From Syntrophothermus sp. DTU052 (GTDB lineage Bacteria; Bacillota; Syntrophomonadia; Syntrophomonadales; DTU052), in the NCBI GenBank assembly GCA_001512495.1, contig LFRU01000036.1, positions 1-60,800 on the forward strand: DNA of 60,800 nucleotides, in the 5' to 3' direction. Below the pieces are notes generated by a model. It made no database searches and was not told the origin of the DNA. It was given only the letters and a program-made list of their open reading frames with translations. Below, one piece after another: positions 34,251-42,833 of the stretch. The position numbers and the translations under genes are program-made. Each line of letters opens with the position of its first letter. Position 1 is the stretch's first letter.

Positions 34251-34819
34251 TGCAGAGCCACGTTGATGCCCGCGGGCTCTCCTGCCCTCAACCGGTAATT
34301 CTCACCAGGAAAGCCCTGGAAGCCGGAGGGCCGGTTACCGCCGTGGTGGATAATGAAACAGCGGTGGAGAATATCAGCCGTTTAGCCCAGGGTATGGGCT
34401 ACGATGTTGAAGTGGAACAGCATGGTAATGACTATCATATTCATATTGAAAAAAGCGCCGGCCGGCCGGACCAGGAAAAATACAATCAGGGAGTTATTCT
34501 TGTTACCGGGCAGTATATGGGACGCGGAGACGATGCATTGGGTAAGGTCCTGATGAAGAGTTTTCTTTATACCCTGACCCAGATGAAGGATACGGTAACA
34601 ACAATTATTTTCATTAACAGCGGGGTAACTCTAACTTCGCAGGGTTCCGAGGTCCTGGATCACCTTTTGGAATTGGAGCAGGCGGGGGTGGAGATATTGT
34701 CCTGCGGGACCTGTCTTGATTTCTACCAGCTAAAAAACAAACTCCTGGTCGGTCAGGTTACCAATATGTATTCCATCGTAGAACGGGTGGCGGCCGCCGA
34801 CAAAGTGATAACTGTTTAA
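34250..34819 (+). CDS. yedF: Selenium metabolism protein YedF (SirA/TusA + DsrE-like domains)
   Basis: DARGLSCPQPV, GDDALG..LMKSF, SCGTCL, VTNMY; coupled to selD. Confidence 0.9.
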   Translation: MQSHVDARGLSCPQPVILTRKALEAGGPVTAVVDNETAVENISRLAQGMGYDVEVEQHGNDYHIHIEKSAGRPDQEKYNQGVILVTGQYMGRGDDALGKVLMKSFLYTLTQMKDTVTTIIFINSGVTLTSQGSEVLDHLLELEQAGVEILSCGTCLDFYQLKNKLLVGQVTNMYSIVERVAAADKVITV

Positions 34820-34891
34820 CGGCACCGTTCTTGTATCCGGGAGGAAATGAATTATTATCGGGCTGTGGGCTGTATGTGAGGAGGAAACGAG

Positions 34892-35092
34892 GTGGAGATA
34901 AAAAAGTTCAATCTGGGCGATACAGTCAGGATGAAAAAAAAGCACCCGTGTGGCAGTTGGGAGTGGGTGGTAACCAGGATGGGGGCTGACATAAAGATCC
35001 GGTGCTGTGGTTGCGGACACCACGTAATGATGCCGCGTTCGCGATTTGAGAAGAGTATGACCCGGGTGGTCAATAACAGCCCGGACGGTTAA
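34892..35092 (+). CDS. DUF951 family protein
   Basis: MKKKHPCGS..W...RMGADIKIRC..CGH. Confidence 0.9.
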   Translation: MEIKKFNLGDTVRMKKKHPCGSWEWVVTRMGADIKIRCCGCGHHVMMPRSRFEKSMTRVVNNSPDG

Positions 35093-35153
35093 CAAAATAA
35101 CGGTTAAGCGACATATAATTATTACAGGAGATCCTTGGGGGAGGAGAGGTGCT

Positions 35154-35369
35154 GTGACCGTCAGGGACGTTACCGACCACAGATTTCGGGAAGGGGACCT
35201 GGTTAAAGTAGCATCCCTGAATGACAAGTTGATGTTCTGCATTATTGGATTCAAAACTACCGCGAAAGGCGATAAGATAGCTATATTAAAAGGTCTTTAT
35301 AACCAGGACCTTATTATTGAAAAGCCGATAACCGACTTAACCAACCTGTTGATAAGAGGACAACTGTAA
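35154..35369 (+). CDS. Small protein resembling the YabG N-terminal domain
   Basis: GGAGGAG SD; F.EGDLV...FCIIGFKTTAKGDKIAILKG. Confidence 0.65.
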   Translation: MTVRDVTDHRFREGDLVKVASLNDKLMFCIIGFKTTAKGDKIAILKGLYNQDLIIEKPITDLTNLLIRGQL

Positions 35370-35371
35370 GC

Positions 35372-35400
35372 TTGCCAATTAATAGAGCGATTGTTATACT
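35372..35400 (+). promoter_or_regulatory. sigma-A promoter of rpsF operon
   Basis: TTGCCA-17-TATACT with extended -10 TG. Confidence 0.7.
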
Positions 35401-35408
35401 GAAAAAGT

Positions 35409-35458
35409 ATCCCTGCTCCAGGTGCTGCCTGGGGCCTTAGTCCGTAGGGAGGAGGTGA
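35409..35458 (+). ncRNA. S6:S18 ribosomal protein leader RNA
   Basis: CCCTGCTC..GGGGCC..GGGAGG pattern overlapping the rpsF SD. Confidence 0.65.
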
Positions 35459-35462
35459 CAAG

Positions 35463-35750
35463 ATGCGTTCATACGAGATGATGTTCATCTTGAGTCCCGA
35501 GTTGGCCTCCGAGGAGGTGGAGGCAGCCAAAAGCAAGGTTGCCGATATTATTGCTCAAACCGAAGGTGAACTGGTGGACTGTGACGTATGGGGCAGGAGA
35601 AGACTTGCTTATGAGATCAAGGATTTCCGAGAAGGTCTTTATATGCTGACCCATTTCAAGGGGACTGCTGAGACTGTAAATGAGTTGGACAGGGTGTTGA
35701 AGATAAGTGACGGTTTCCTGCGCCACATGATCGTTCGCAAGGAAGAATAG
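35463..35750 (+). CDS. rpsF: 30S ribosomal protein S6
   Basis: MRSYEMMFIL, WGRRRLAYEI. Confidence 0.97.
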   Translation: MRSYEMMFILSPELASEEVEAAKSKVADIIAQTEGELVDCDVWGRRRLAYEIKDFREGLYMLTHFKGTAETVNELDRVLKISDGFLRHMIVRKEE

Positions 35751-35761
35751 GGGGGGACAGG

Positions 35762-36193
35762 ATGATTAATCGGGTTATCTTGATTGGACGCCTTACCAGA
35801 GATCCTGAACTGAGGTATACTGCCAATGGGATTGGAGTATGCACCTTCAGTATTGCCGTTAACCGACCCTATACCAATCAAGCGGGCGAAAGGCCAGTAG
35901 ATTTTATCGACATTGTTGCCTGGAGACAGTTGGCGGAAACTGTCGCTACTTATATGACCAAAGGCCGTCTGGTCGCAGTGGAAGGTCGACTTCAGACCAG
36001 AACCTATGAAAACCAGGAGGGCCAGAAACGAAAAGCAGTTGAGGTGCTTGCTGATACCGTTAGATTTCTGGACAGAGCTCCCAGCACCGGAGGGGCCGAG
36101 CGAACTCAGGGAAGTGACGACTGGGATTCGCTGGGCCGGGAAGTCGATCCCGGTGGAGTGGATTTGGCAGAAGATGATGACATACCGTTCTAA
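35762..36193 (+). CDS. ssb: Single-stranded DNA-binding protein
   Basis: NRVILIGRLTRDPELR, DDDIPF tail. Confidence 0.98.
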   Translation: MINRVILIGRLTRDPELRYTANGIGVCTFSIAVNRPYTNQAGERPVDFIDIVAWRQLAETVATYMTKGRLVAVEGRLQTRTYENQEGQKRKAVEVLADTVRFLDRAPSTGGAERTQGSDDWDSLGREVDPGGVDLAEDDDIPF

Positions 36194-36205
36194 GGAGGTG
36201 TAAGG

Positions 36206-36430
36206 TTGAAAAAAGAACGCAAGAAAAAAAGACGCCCGTGCAATTTTTGCACGGAGAAGATAGAGTACATTGATTACAAAGACGTACCCCGCTTACGCAG
36301 GTACATTACTGAAAAAGGAAAGATTTTGCCGCGAAGGATTACCGGAAACTGCGCGCATCACCAGAGGCAGATCACGACGGCCATTAAAAGAGCACGAAAT
36401 ATCGCACTGCTTCCCTTTACATCAGAATAA
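36206..36430 (+). CDS. rpsR: 30S ribosomal protein S18 (Zn-ribbon form)
   Basis: [26 protein letters not shown]. Confidence 0.98.
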   Translation: MKKERKKKRRPCNFCTEKIEYIDYKDVPRLRRYITEKGKILPRRITGNCAHHQRQITTAIKRARNIALLPFTSE

Positions 36431-36436
36431 TCAGGA

Positions 36437-36467
36437 AAAACCGCAGGGTCGAGGATCTTGCGGTTTA
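36437..36467 (+). terminator. Terminator-like hairpin after rpsR
   Basis: aaaccgcagg / cttgcggttt. Confidence 0.6.
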
Positions 36468-36550
36468 TGTTGTCAGGGATTGGTAATAACACCGTGTTCA
36501 GAAGGAAAACCTCCCGATGTTAGAGAAATAAGAGGGGACGTCTTACGGGG

Positions 36551-36874
36551 GTGGGTATTCTGAACTCGAAAACCCAGGTGGATATTGCGAAGAATTTAAG
36601 AACCATCGAGTGGCTGAAAGCAGAGCTGGTTGAATCCGTAGCGGCTTTATTAAAAAGCCTGCTCAAGGCGGGCGATGAAGCCATCAGTGATTGCCTGGCC
36701 ACCATAATGATTACTACTTACATATTGGGGAAAAGGGTGGGAGTAAATTTCCAGTATATTGATTTTAAGGTGGAGAGTACGCTCAAACTAAGTATTAACG
36801 AAGCACATGAAGTTGAAAAGTGGTACGGGGATCTTTCGGCTTTGTTGGCTTATTTGGAGAGCAAGAAGAAGTGA
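36551..36874 (+). CDS. MazG-like family protein
   Basis: DIAKNLRTIEWLKAEL..HEVEKWYGDLS; usual position after rpsR. Confidence 0.8.
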   Translation: MGILNSKTQVDIAKNLRTIEWLKAELVESVAALLKSLLKAGDEAISDCLATIMITTYILGKRVGVNFQYIDFKVESTLKLSINEAHEVEKWYGDLSALLAYLESKKK

Positions 36875-37833
36875 ACCGCATCTTTGAGATTTTGCTTTTG
36901 GTGGCTGCTCTGAGCATTGGGATCGGTTTGAAGTTTGCATCCCCGTGGAGCGGCCTGTGTAGTATATTGGCGATATCGGTTTTAACACTTTCCGGCAGGC
37001 GAGGACCCGGATTTCTGTTAGTAATAACCCTGATTATTAGTGCCACCGCGGTACTGGCACTTAAAACAGAAGCCTCAGGTTTTATTCTACTGTCGGTAAT
37101 TCCAGGTTGTACGGCGGGTTATTTAGTTACTCGCTATTTTTCATTGGGTAAAGTGTTGGTCGCCAGTTTTTCTGCCGGGGTGATCGGGTTTGGCCTGTTC
37201 TGGCTGCATCAGCTTTATCTCCAGGCCGGTCATTTAGGCATGCATTTTATTGAGACCTCGTTTGTCGATTACTTCAATTACATCTTCCTGCCCACTTTGG
37301 AGGCTTCTGGACTGGGTGAATACTATGAGGCCCAGGGGCTTACTAAACCCGTCCTCAAGGAGTATTTTAACGGCTTCCTGCAGAGCCTGGCACGGCTGCG
37401 CCCGGGTTTGTATATCTTTGAGGAGTGGGCAAGGATACTATTGGGGATCGTAATTGGTAAGCTTGTTCTCAAGCACCGTGAATTGCTGCCAAATCCGCCG
37501 TTCAGTATGCAGCGCATGGCCTGGGAGCTTGATTGGGTTATAATTGCCGGCCTGGTCTTCTGGCTGGTGGGCGATCACTGGAACCAGGATCTGCTCAACC
37601 AGATAGGAGCCAACCTGATTTTCTTAATGACTCCAATTGCCTTTTATTTTGGCCTGAGCCTGGTATTCTATATTATCAAGAACTGGCGTCCCCGGCCCTG
37701 GTGGTTGGTGATTATGGCGGTGGTGATTATATTTCTTCCCACCCAGGCGTGCCTGTTCATAACTGTATTAGGTGTCTTTGATCCCTTGATAGATTATCGA
37801 AATCTGGATGGAAAAAGGGGGAGTCCGACATGA
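36871..37833 (+). CDS. YybS/DUF2232 family membrane protein
   Basis: Many TMs, C-terminal LG.FD..IDYR; GTG overlapping upstream stop. Confidence 0.8.
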   Translation: MNRIFEILLLVAALSIGIGLKFASPWSGLCSILAISVLTLSGRRGPGFLLVITLIISATAVLALKTEASGFILLSVIPGCTAGYLVTRYFSLGKVLVASFSAGVIGFGLFWLHQLYLQAGHLGMHFIETSFVDYFNYIFLPTLEASGLGEYYEAQGLTKPVLKEYFNGFLQSLARLRPGLYIFEEWARILLGIVIGKLVLKHRELLPNPPFSMQRMAWELDWVIIAGLVFWLVGDHWNQDLLNQIGANLIFLMTPIAFYFGLSLVFYIIKNWRPRPWWLVIMAVVIIFLPTQACLFITVLGVFDPLIDYRNLDGKRGSPT

Positions 37834-38276
37834 AAGTTATCCTCACGACTGATGTACCAAAGCTGGGGAAACAGGGTGATGTGGTACAGGTATCGGATGG
37901 TTATGCCCGCAACTTTTTGCTTCCCAGGAATATGGCGATAGAAGCCTCAGCTTCTCGTTTACAAGAACTCGAGCAAAAACACCGGCAGTTGGAAAAAAAG
38001 AAAAAAAAGGAAGAGCAGACAGCCCAGATGGTTAAGGAACAGATTGACGGACAGACGGTTGTGGTTAAGGCCAGGTGCGGCGAAAGCGGAAAACTATTTG
38101 GCGCCGTTACCTCCAAGGAGATTGCTGATGCCATAAAAACCCGGTATAAGGTGGATATTGATAAAAAGCGCATCGAAATCAAGGAACCAATCAAGCAGCT
38201 GGGTGAATACCCGGTGCGGATAAGGTTGCACCAGAAAGCCATAGCCGATGTAAAAGTAAGGGTGGATGAGGAATAA
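37830..38276 (+). CDS. rplI: 50S ribosomal protein L9
   Basis: MKVIL..DV..LGK.G..V.V.DGYARNFL. Confidence 0.98.
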   Translation: MKVILTTDVPKLGKQGDVVQVSDGYARNFLLPRNMAIEASASRLQELEQKHRQLEKKKKKEEQTAQMVKEQIDGQTVVVKARCGESGKLFGAVTSKEIADAIKTRYKVDIDKKRIEIKEPIKQLGEYPVRIRLHQKAIADVKVRVDEE

Positions 38277-38389
38277 GACGCGGTGAGTCCCAATATGGCG
38301 GCGGAATAGCGGCTTCGTTGACTTTAGCCGACTAAAATTGATAAGATTAGGAATGACTTCGGTCTAGGCCATCCGCAGGAGGTGGATCA

Positions 38390-39676
38390 ATGTCCACAGT
38401 TGTTTTGGTGGGAGCCCAATGGGGTGATGAAGGTAAAGGTAAGATTACCGACTTCCTGGCCGAAAAAGCCGATTATGTTGTCCGGTATCAGGGAGGAAGT
38501 AATGCTGGACATACAGTGGTAGTGGGGAATGAGAAGTTTCAGCTCCACCTGGTTCCTTCAGGAATTTTATATCCGGACAAGGTGTCGGTGATCGGCAACG
38601 GCGTGGCACTGGATCCGGTTATCCTATTACAAGAGATAGACAATCTGAGCCAAAAGGGGATCGATGTCAAAAATCTTAAAATCAGCAGCCGGGCCCATAT
38701 TGTTATGCCTTATCACAAGAAACTGGATTCGCTTCAGGAAAATGGTGGCCGCAGGATTGGTACCACCAGGAGGGGAATAGGGCCGCTGTATACTGATAAG
38801 ATGAGCCGCACCGGATTCCGGGTTATCGACCTTCTGGATAAAGATTTGTTTCCCCGGCGGCTAAAGGCTATTGTGGAGGAGAAAAACCGTATCCTGGAAA
38901 AGATATACGGGAGTCCGGCCTTCGTTTACCAGGAACTCCTGGATGAGTTCTGTTATTACGCCGAACGTCTGCGCCCGATGGTTACAGATACCTCGCTGTT
39001 GGTTAACCAGGTCATCGACGAAGGCAAAAAGGTGCTGTTTGAAGGGGCCCAGGGTACCCTTTTGGATATTGATCACGGAACCTACCCTTATGTAACCTCG
39101 TCTCATCCGGTTTCCGGGGGTGCCTGTGTGGGAGCGGGCGTTGGACCAACCCGGATTAATCGAGTGGTGGGCGTGGTAAAGGCCTATACCACCAGGGTTG
39201 GAGAGGGGCCTTTCCCTACTGAATTGTTTAATGAGGCCGGTGAGCTTATTCGGCAGCGGGGTGATGAGTACGGCACAACTACCGGCAGACCGCGGCGGTG
39301 TGGGTGGCTGGATGCGGTTATTCTAAGATACGCTGCCAGAATCAACGGTTTAACCGACATAGCCATTACCAAATTGGATGTGCTCGACACCTTTGACAAG
39401 GTCAAGATCTGTATAGCCTATCGATACCGGGGTCAAATTATACAGGAGTTTCCGGAGAGCCTGGAAGTACTACGGGAGTGTGAACCGGTTTATATTGAGA
39501 TGGATGGTTGGCAGCAGGATATTGCCGGTATCCGGCGTTTTGAGGACCTACCGCCGAAAGCACAGGAATACGTGAATAAAATGGTCGAATTATGCGGGGT
39601 AAACCACTGCCTGTTAGCAGTAGGTCCGGGCAGGTCCCAAACCATGGTAACCAGGGATCTCTTCGCACCCGCGTAA
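38390..39676 (+). CDS. purA: Adenylosuccinate synthetase
   Basis: QWGDEGKGK, GTYPYVTSS, GTTTGRPRRCGW. Confidence 0.98.
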   Translation: MSTVVLVGAQWGDEGKGKITDFLAEKADYVVRYQGGSNAGHTVVVGNEKFQLHLVPSGILYPDKVSVIGNGVALDPVILLQEIDNLSQKGIDVKNLKISSRAHIVMPYHKKLDSLQENGGRRIGTTRRGIGPLYTDKMSRTGFRVIDLLDKDLFPRRLKAIVEEKNRILEKIYGSPAFVYQELLDEFCYYAERLRPMVTDTSLLVNQVIDEGKKVLFEGAQGTLLDIDHGTYPYVTSSHPVSGGACVGAGVGPTRINRVVGVVKAYTTRVGEGPFPTELFNEAGELIRQRGDEYGTTTGRPRRCGWLDAVILRYAARINGLTDIAITKLDVLDTFDKVKICIAYRYRGQIIQEFPESLEVLRECEPVYIEMDGWQQDIAGIRRFEDLPPKAQEYVNKMVELCGVNHCLLAVGPGRSQTMVTRDLFAPA

Positions 39677-39678
39677 CA

Positions 39679-39707
39679 TTGACAAAATGGGAACGATTTA
39701 GTATGAT
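39679..39707 (+). promoter_or_regulatory. sigma-A promoter of tRNA cluster
   Basis: TTGACA-17-TATGAT. Confidence 0.8.
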
Positions 39708-39721
39708 ATTTTTCGCTGGCG

Positions 39722-39798
39722 GGGCGATTAGCTCAGCAGGTTAGAGCGCTTGCCTCACATGCAAGAGGTCGGGGGTTCGAATCCCTCATCGCCCACCA
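39722..39798 (+). tRNA. tRNA-Val (CAC)
   Basis: Full cloverleaf, cttgc-ct-CAC-at-gcaag, CCA. Confidence 0.95.
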
Positions 39799-39823
39799 TT
39801 GTCAAATGGTTGGCTTAATACCT

Positions 39824-39893
39824 GCCTCGGTAGCTCAGCTGGTAGAGCAGCGGACTGAAAATCCGCGTGCCGGCGGTCCGCCCTGAGGCACCA
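39824..39893 (+). tRNA. tRNA-Phe (GAA) lacking the T-loop; probable pseudo-tRNA
   Basis: Acceptor, D and anticodon arms intact; T arm reads ggcgg-t-ccgcc; 70 nt. Confidence 0.85.
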
Positions 39894-39900
39894 TACATGT

Positions 39901-39975
39901 GCGGGAGTAGCTCAGTGGTAGAGCATCGGCTTCCCAAGCCGAGGGTCGAGGGTTCGAATCCCTTTTCCCGCTCCA
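39901..39975 (+). tRNA. tRNA-Gly (CCC)
   Basis: Full cloverleaf, tcggc-tt-CCC-aa-gccga, CCA. Confidence 0.95.
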
Positions 39976-40022
39976 TTTTTAAAGTTGTCTTGATTTCGGA
40001 CGGTTATGAGGAGAGTGAAAAA

Positions 40023-40160
40023 GTGGGCAAACACCTGAAAACTGTAATCCAACCCAACTTGAAGAACGGAAAAGATACTAATTGCAGAGAGTGTCTGGCT
40101 TCATGTCAGTCGGCCTGCAAGACCTCATGCACAGTTGGCAATCAGGTCTGCAGAAAATAG
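40023..40160 (+). CDS. scfA: SCIFF six-cysteine ranthipeptide precursor (45 aa)
   Basis: GTG after GAGGAG; MGKHLKTV...CRECLASCQSACKTSCTVGNQVCRK. Confidence 0.92.
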   Translation: MGKHLKTVIQPNLKNGKDTNCRECLASCQSACKTSCTVGNQVCRK

Positions 40161-40312
40161 CTTTTTCCGGAAATCCTATGCATGCATTCCTACAAGTCCG
40201 GGTATCTTGATAAATCCGCTTAGCGTATTATTTTGTGAATATTAGCCCATATATTGGGAGATATAGGCCCTACCTGCAGATGGTAGGGCCTTCAATCCTT
40301 ATGGAGGTTGGT

Positions 40313-41689
40313 TTGCTCGTGATTAATCTGTGCCATTACAACTTTTCCGCCAATATACACCTGTTTCGCATGAAAGACACTAACATCCTGCTGGATGTCA
40401 ACTCGGGTGCGGTTCATGTCCTGGACGACCAGACCTTTTGTTTTGTTGAGGAGCTTATCCGGAATCGAGGTGATTGGGAACTGGCTCAGAGCCGGACTGC
40501 TGCCGCTTACTCGCCCGAGGCGGTGAAGGAAATCGGAAAAGAGATAGAGGAGGCCTATCGGGCTGGAAGTCTATTTACCGAAGAGGCGGAGGCTGAATTC
40601 GATTACGGCAGTTTCTTTCCCAAATCCATCTGTCTTAACGTGGCCCACCTCTGCAATATGCGATGCAGATACTGTTTTGCTCAACAGGGAAGCTTCGGGC
40701 AATCTCAGGGATTAATGAGTATGGAGGTCGCCCGGCAAGCGGTTGATTTCCTGATCAGGAGCAGTGGACCGAGAAAAAATCTGGAACTTGACTTTTTTGG
40801 GGGTGAGCCCCTGCTTAATATGGATGTTGTCAAAGCCACGGTCGAATATGGAAGGGAACGTGCCTCCCAGGCGGGGAAACAAATAAATTACACCCTAACC
40901 ACCAATGCCCTGTCTCTTGACGAACAGGTGCGGGATTACCTCCTGGCCGAGGATATTAGCGTTATCCTCAGTCTCGATGGCCGCCCCCAGGTTCATGACC
41001 GTATGCGAATCCTTGCTGACGGGGGAGGTACTTACCAACGGATTGCACCACGGATTCAGGCTATGGTGGCGTCAAATCCAGTTAGTTATTTTGTCAGGGG
41101 AACTTTTACCGCCCAGAATCTTGATTTCACCAAGGATTTTCTACACCTGGCAGGCCTGGGTTTCGAAAATATTTCGCTGGAACCGGTGACTGGAGGCGAG
41201 CCGGAAATCGCTCTAACGGAAGAACACCTGCCGCAGATTGCTGCCCAGTATGAAGAACTGGCGGAGATTATTCTGGCCCGTGAGAAGGAGGGAAAACGGC
41301 TCAATTTCTTTCATTTTAATCTGGATTCGAACGGACCATGTTTGGCCAAAAGACTGACCGGATGTGGTGCCGGGATTGAATACCTGGCAGTGACCCCGGA
41401 AGGAGATATCTTTCCCTGTCACCAATTTATCGGCATACCCGGGTTCAAAATGGGTGATGTCAAGGAAGGAACAGTTGATGATTCGGTGCGCCAGAGATTT
41501 GCGGGCAATACGCTCACTCACAAGGAGTGCCGTAACTGTTGGGCCAGGTTCCACTGTGGAGGCGGCTGTCACGCCCTGGCTTATTTCCAGAACGGGAATA
41601 TGTCGGTTCCCCATCAGTTAGCCTGTCTGATGCACCAGAAACGCCTGGAATGTTCATTTTATATGGCGGCCAGAAGAATGGAGGGTTAA
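40313..41689 (+). CDS. scfB: SCIFF radical SAM/SPASM thioether maturase
   Basis: LDVNSGAVH RRE-like start, CNMRCRYC, GGEPLL, GCGAG, C..CWARFHCGGGC; start placed after GGAGG (approximate). Confidence 0.92.
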   Translation: MLVINLCHYNFSANIHLFRMKDTNILLDVNSGAVHVLDDQTFCFVEELIRNRGDWELAQSRTAAAYSPEAVKEIGKEIEEAYRAGSLFTEEAEAEFDYGSFFPKSICLNVAHLCNMRCRYCFAQQGSFGQSQGLMSMEVARQAVDFLIRSSGPRKNLELDFFGGEPLLNMDVVKATVEYGRERASQAGKQINYTLTTNALSLDEQVRDYLLAEDISVILSLDGRPQVHDRMRILADGGGTYQRIAPRIQAMVASNPVSYFVRGTFTAQNLDFTKDFLHLAGLGFENISLEPVTGGEPEIALTEEHLPQIAAQYEELAEIILAREKEGKRLNFFHFNLDSNGPCLAKRLTGCGAGIEYLAVTPEGDIFPCHQFIGIPGFKMGDVKEGTVDDSVRQRFAGNTLTHKECRNCWARFHCGGGCHALAYFQNGNMSVPHQLACLMHQKRLECSFYMAARRMEG

Positions 41690-41705
41690 AGCTATTAAGT
41701 CTTAC

Positions 41706-42218
41706 TTGGCGTTTTTAAGGGCGGGATTTTTGGCTCTGGGAGGAGGCATCAGTATGATTCCCTATCTGGAGGAGATTGCCCGTCAGCAGTTGGGGTCTGA
41801 TAGCGATGAATTTCTGCAGATAATAGCTATGGCCCAGAGCTTTCCCGGTGCCATGGGTATCAATGCCGCCGCCATTATTGGCTATCGGATGGGAGGCTGG
41901 ATGGGAGCGGCGACCGGCGTTCTGGGAGTGACTATCCCCGGCGTTATATGTGCCAGCGGCCTGTTTATCCTGCTCGTGCTTGCGGCCGAGAGCTCATGGC
42001 TGGATATCGCCACTACCGCTTTGAAGGCGGCTGTGGTGGGAATCATTCTGGGGATGGCAATCAATCTTGGAAACCGTTCATGGAAGGGTTATAGAAACCT
42101 TTTGGTAGGGCTCGCAGCCATGCTTCTGTTTTATAAATTCCAGTTAAGCCCGGTCATTATACTTGTGGGGGCAGGGGTTGTAGGGTACGTATTTCTCTCG
42201 CTACCGGAGGCTGGATAA
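41706..42218 (+). CDS. Short-chain chromate transporter family subunit
   Basis: AFLRAG..ALGGG, AQSFPG..N. Confidence 0.82.
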   Translation: MAFLRAGFLALGGGISMIPYLEEIARQQLGSDSDEFLQIIAMAQSFPGAMGINAAAIIGYRMGGWMGAATGVLGVTIPGVICASGLFILLVLAAESSWLDIATTALKAAVVGIILGMAINLGNRSWKGYRNLLVGLAAMLLFYKFQLSPVIILVGAGVVGYVFLSLPEAG

Positions 42219-42748
42219 TGCTTTATCTAACACTTTACCTCCAGTTTCTCAAGATCGGCCTGCTCGGCTTCGGCGGTGGATACATGATGATCCCGCTTTT
42301 TTTCATGGATATAGTCGATCGCTACAATTGGCTGTCCTATGAAGAGATGTTTAACATCATCGCTGTGGCCCAGACGGTTCCTGGAACCTTCGCCACGAAT
42401 ACCGCCACCCTGGTCGGTTTGAAGATGGGGTCTATAGGATACGGACTGGTGGCCGTCCTGGGAGTCGTAACTCCCGCTCTGCTAATTGCTTATCTGGCAG
42501 ACCGTTATGTAAGGCCTTATCTGGGAAGCCCTTCGTTACAGGGGGTTTTGAAGGGAATAACCGCGGCGGTCATCGGCATTATTCTCGCCACCGGGTTGAG
42601 GATGATGCACAGTGCGGTGATCGATGGACCTACCATGATAACCGGCTTGCTGGCGTTTGTTTTGTTCTATTCACGGCGGTGGAATGTAGCGGCCGCCACG
42701 ATTTCAGCAGCCTTGGCCGGGGCGGTGTTAATTTATTTTGTCTGCTAG
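42218..42748 (+). CDS. Short-chain chromate transporter family subunit
   Basis: FLKIGLLGFGGGY, AQTVPG..ATN. Confidence 0.85.
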   Translation: MLYLTLYLQFLKIGLLGFGGGYMMIPLFFMDIVDRYNWLSYEEMFNIIAVAQTVPGTFATNTATLVGLKMGSIGYGLVAVLGVVTPALLIAYLADRYVRPYLGSPSLQGVLKGITAAVIGIILATGLRMMHSAVIDGPTMITGLLAFVLFYSRRWNVAAATISAALAGAVLIYFVC

Positions 42749-42775
42749 CAGGAATAACCTCCTATCCCGAAGAAT
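42748..42775 (+). promoter_or_regulatory. Putative sigma-H promoter
   Basis: GCAGGAATA-12 nt-GAAGAAT fits RNAGGAWWW-N11/12-RNNGAAT. Confidence 0.55.
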
Positions 42776-42833
42776 TATTTCATACGATTCTCAAAATAAG
42801 GCAGTGAAGGATATCATATAGAAAGGGTATTTT

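Noticed and set aside
39867-40022. N-terminal half of the 97-aa ORF
   Set aside because: Runs through tRNA-Phe and tRNA-Gly; the real SCIFF start is GTG 40023
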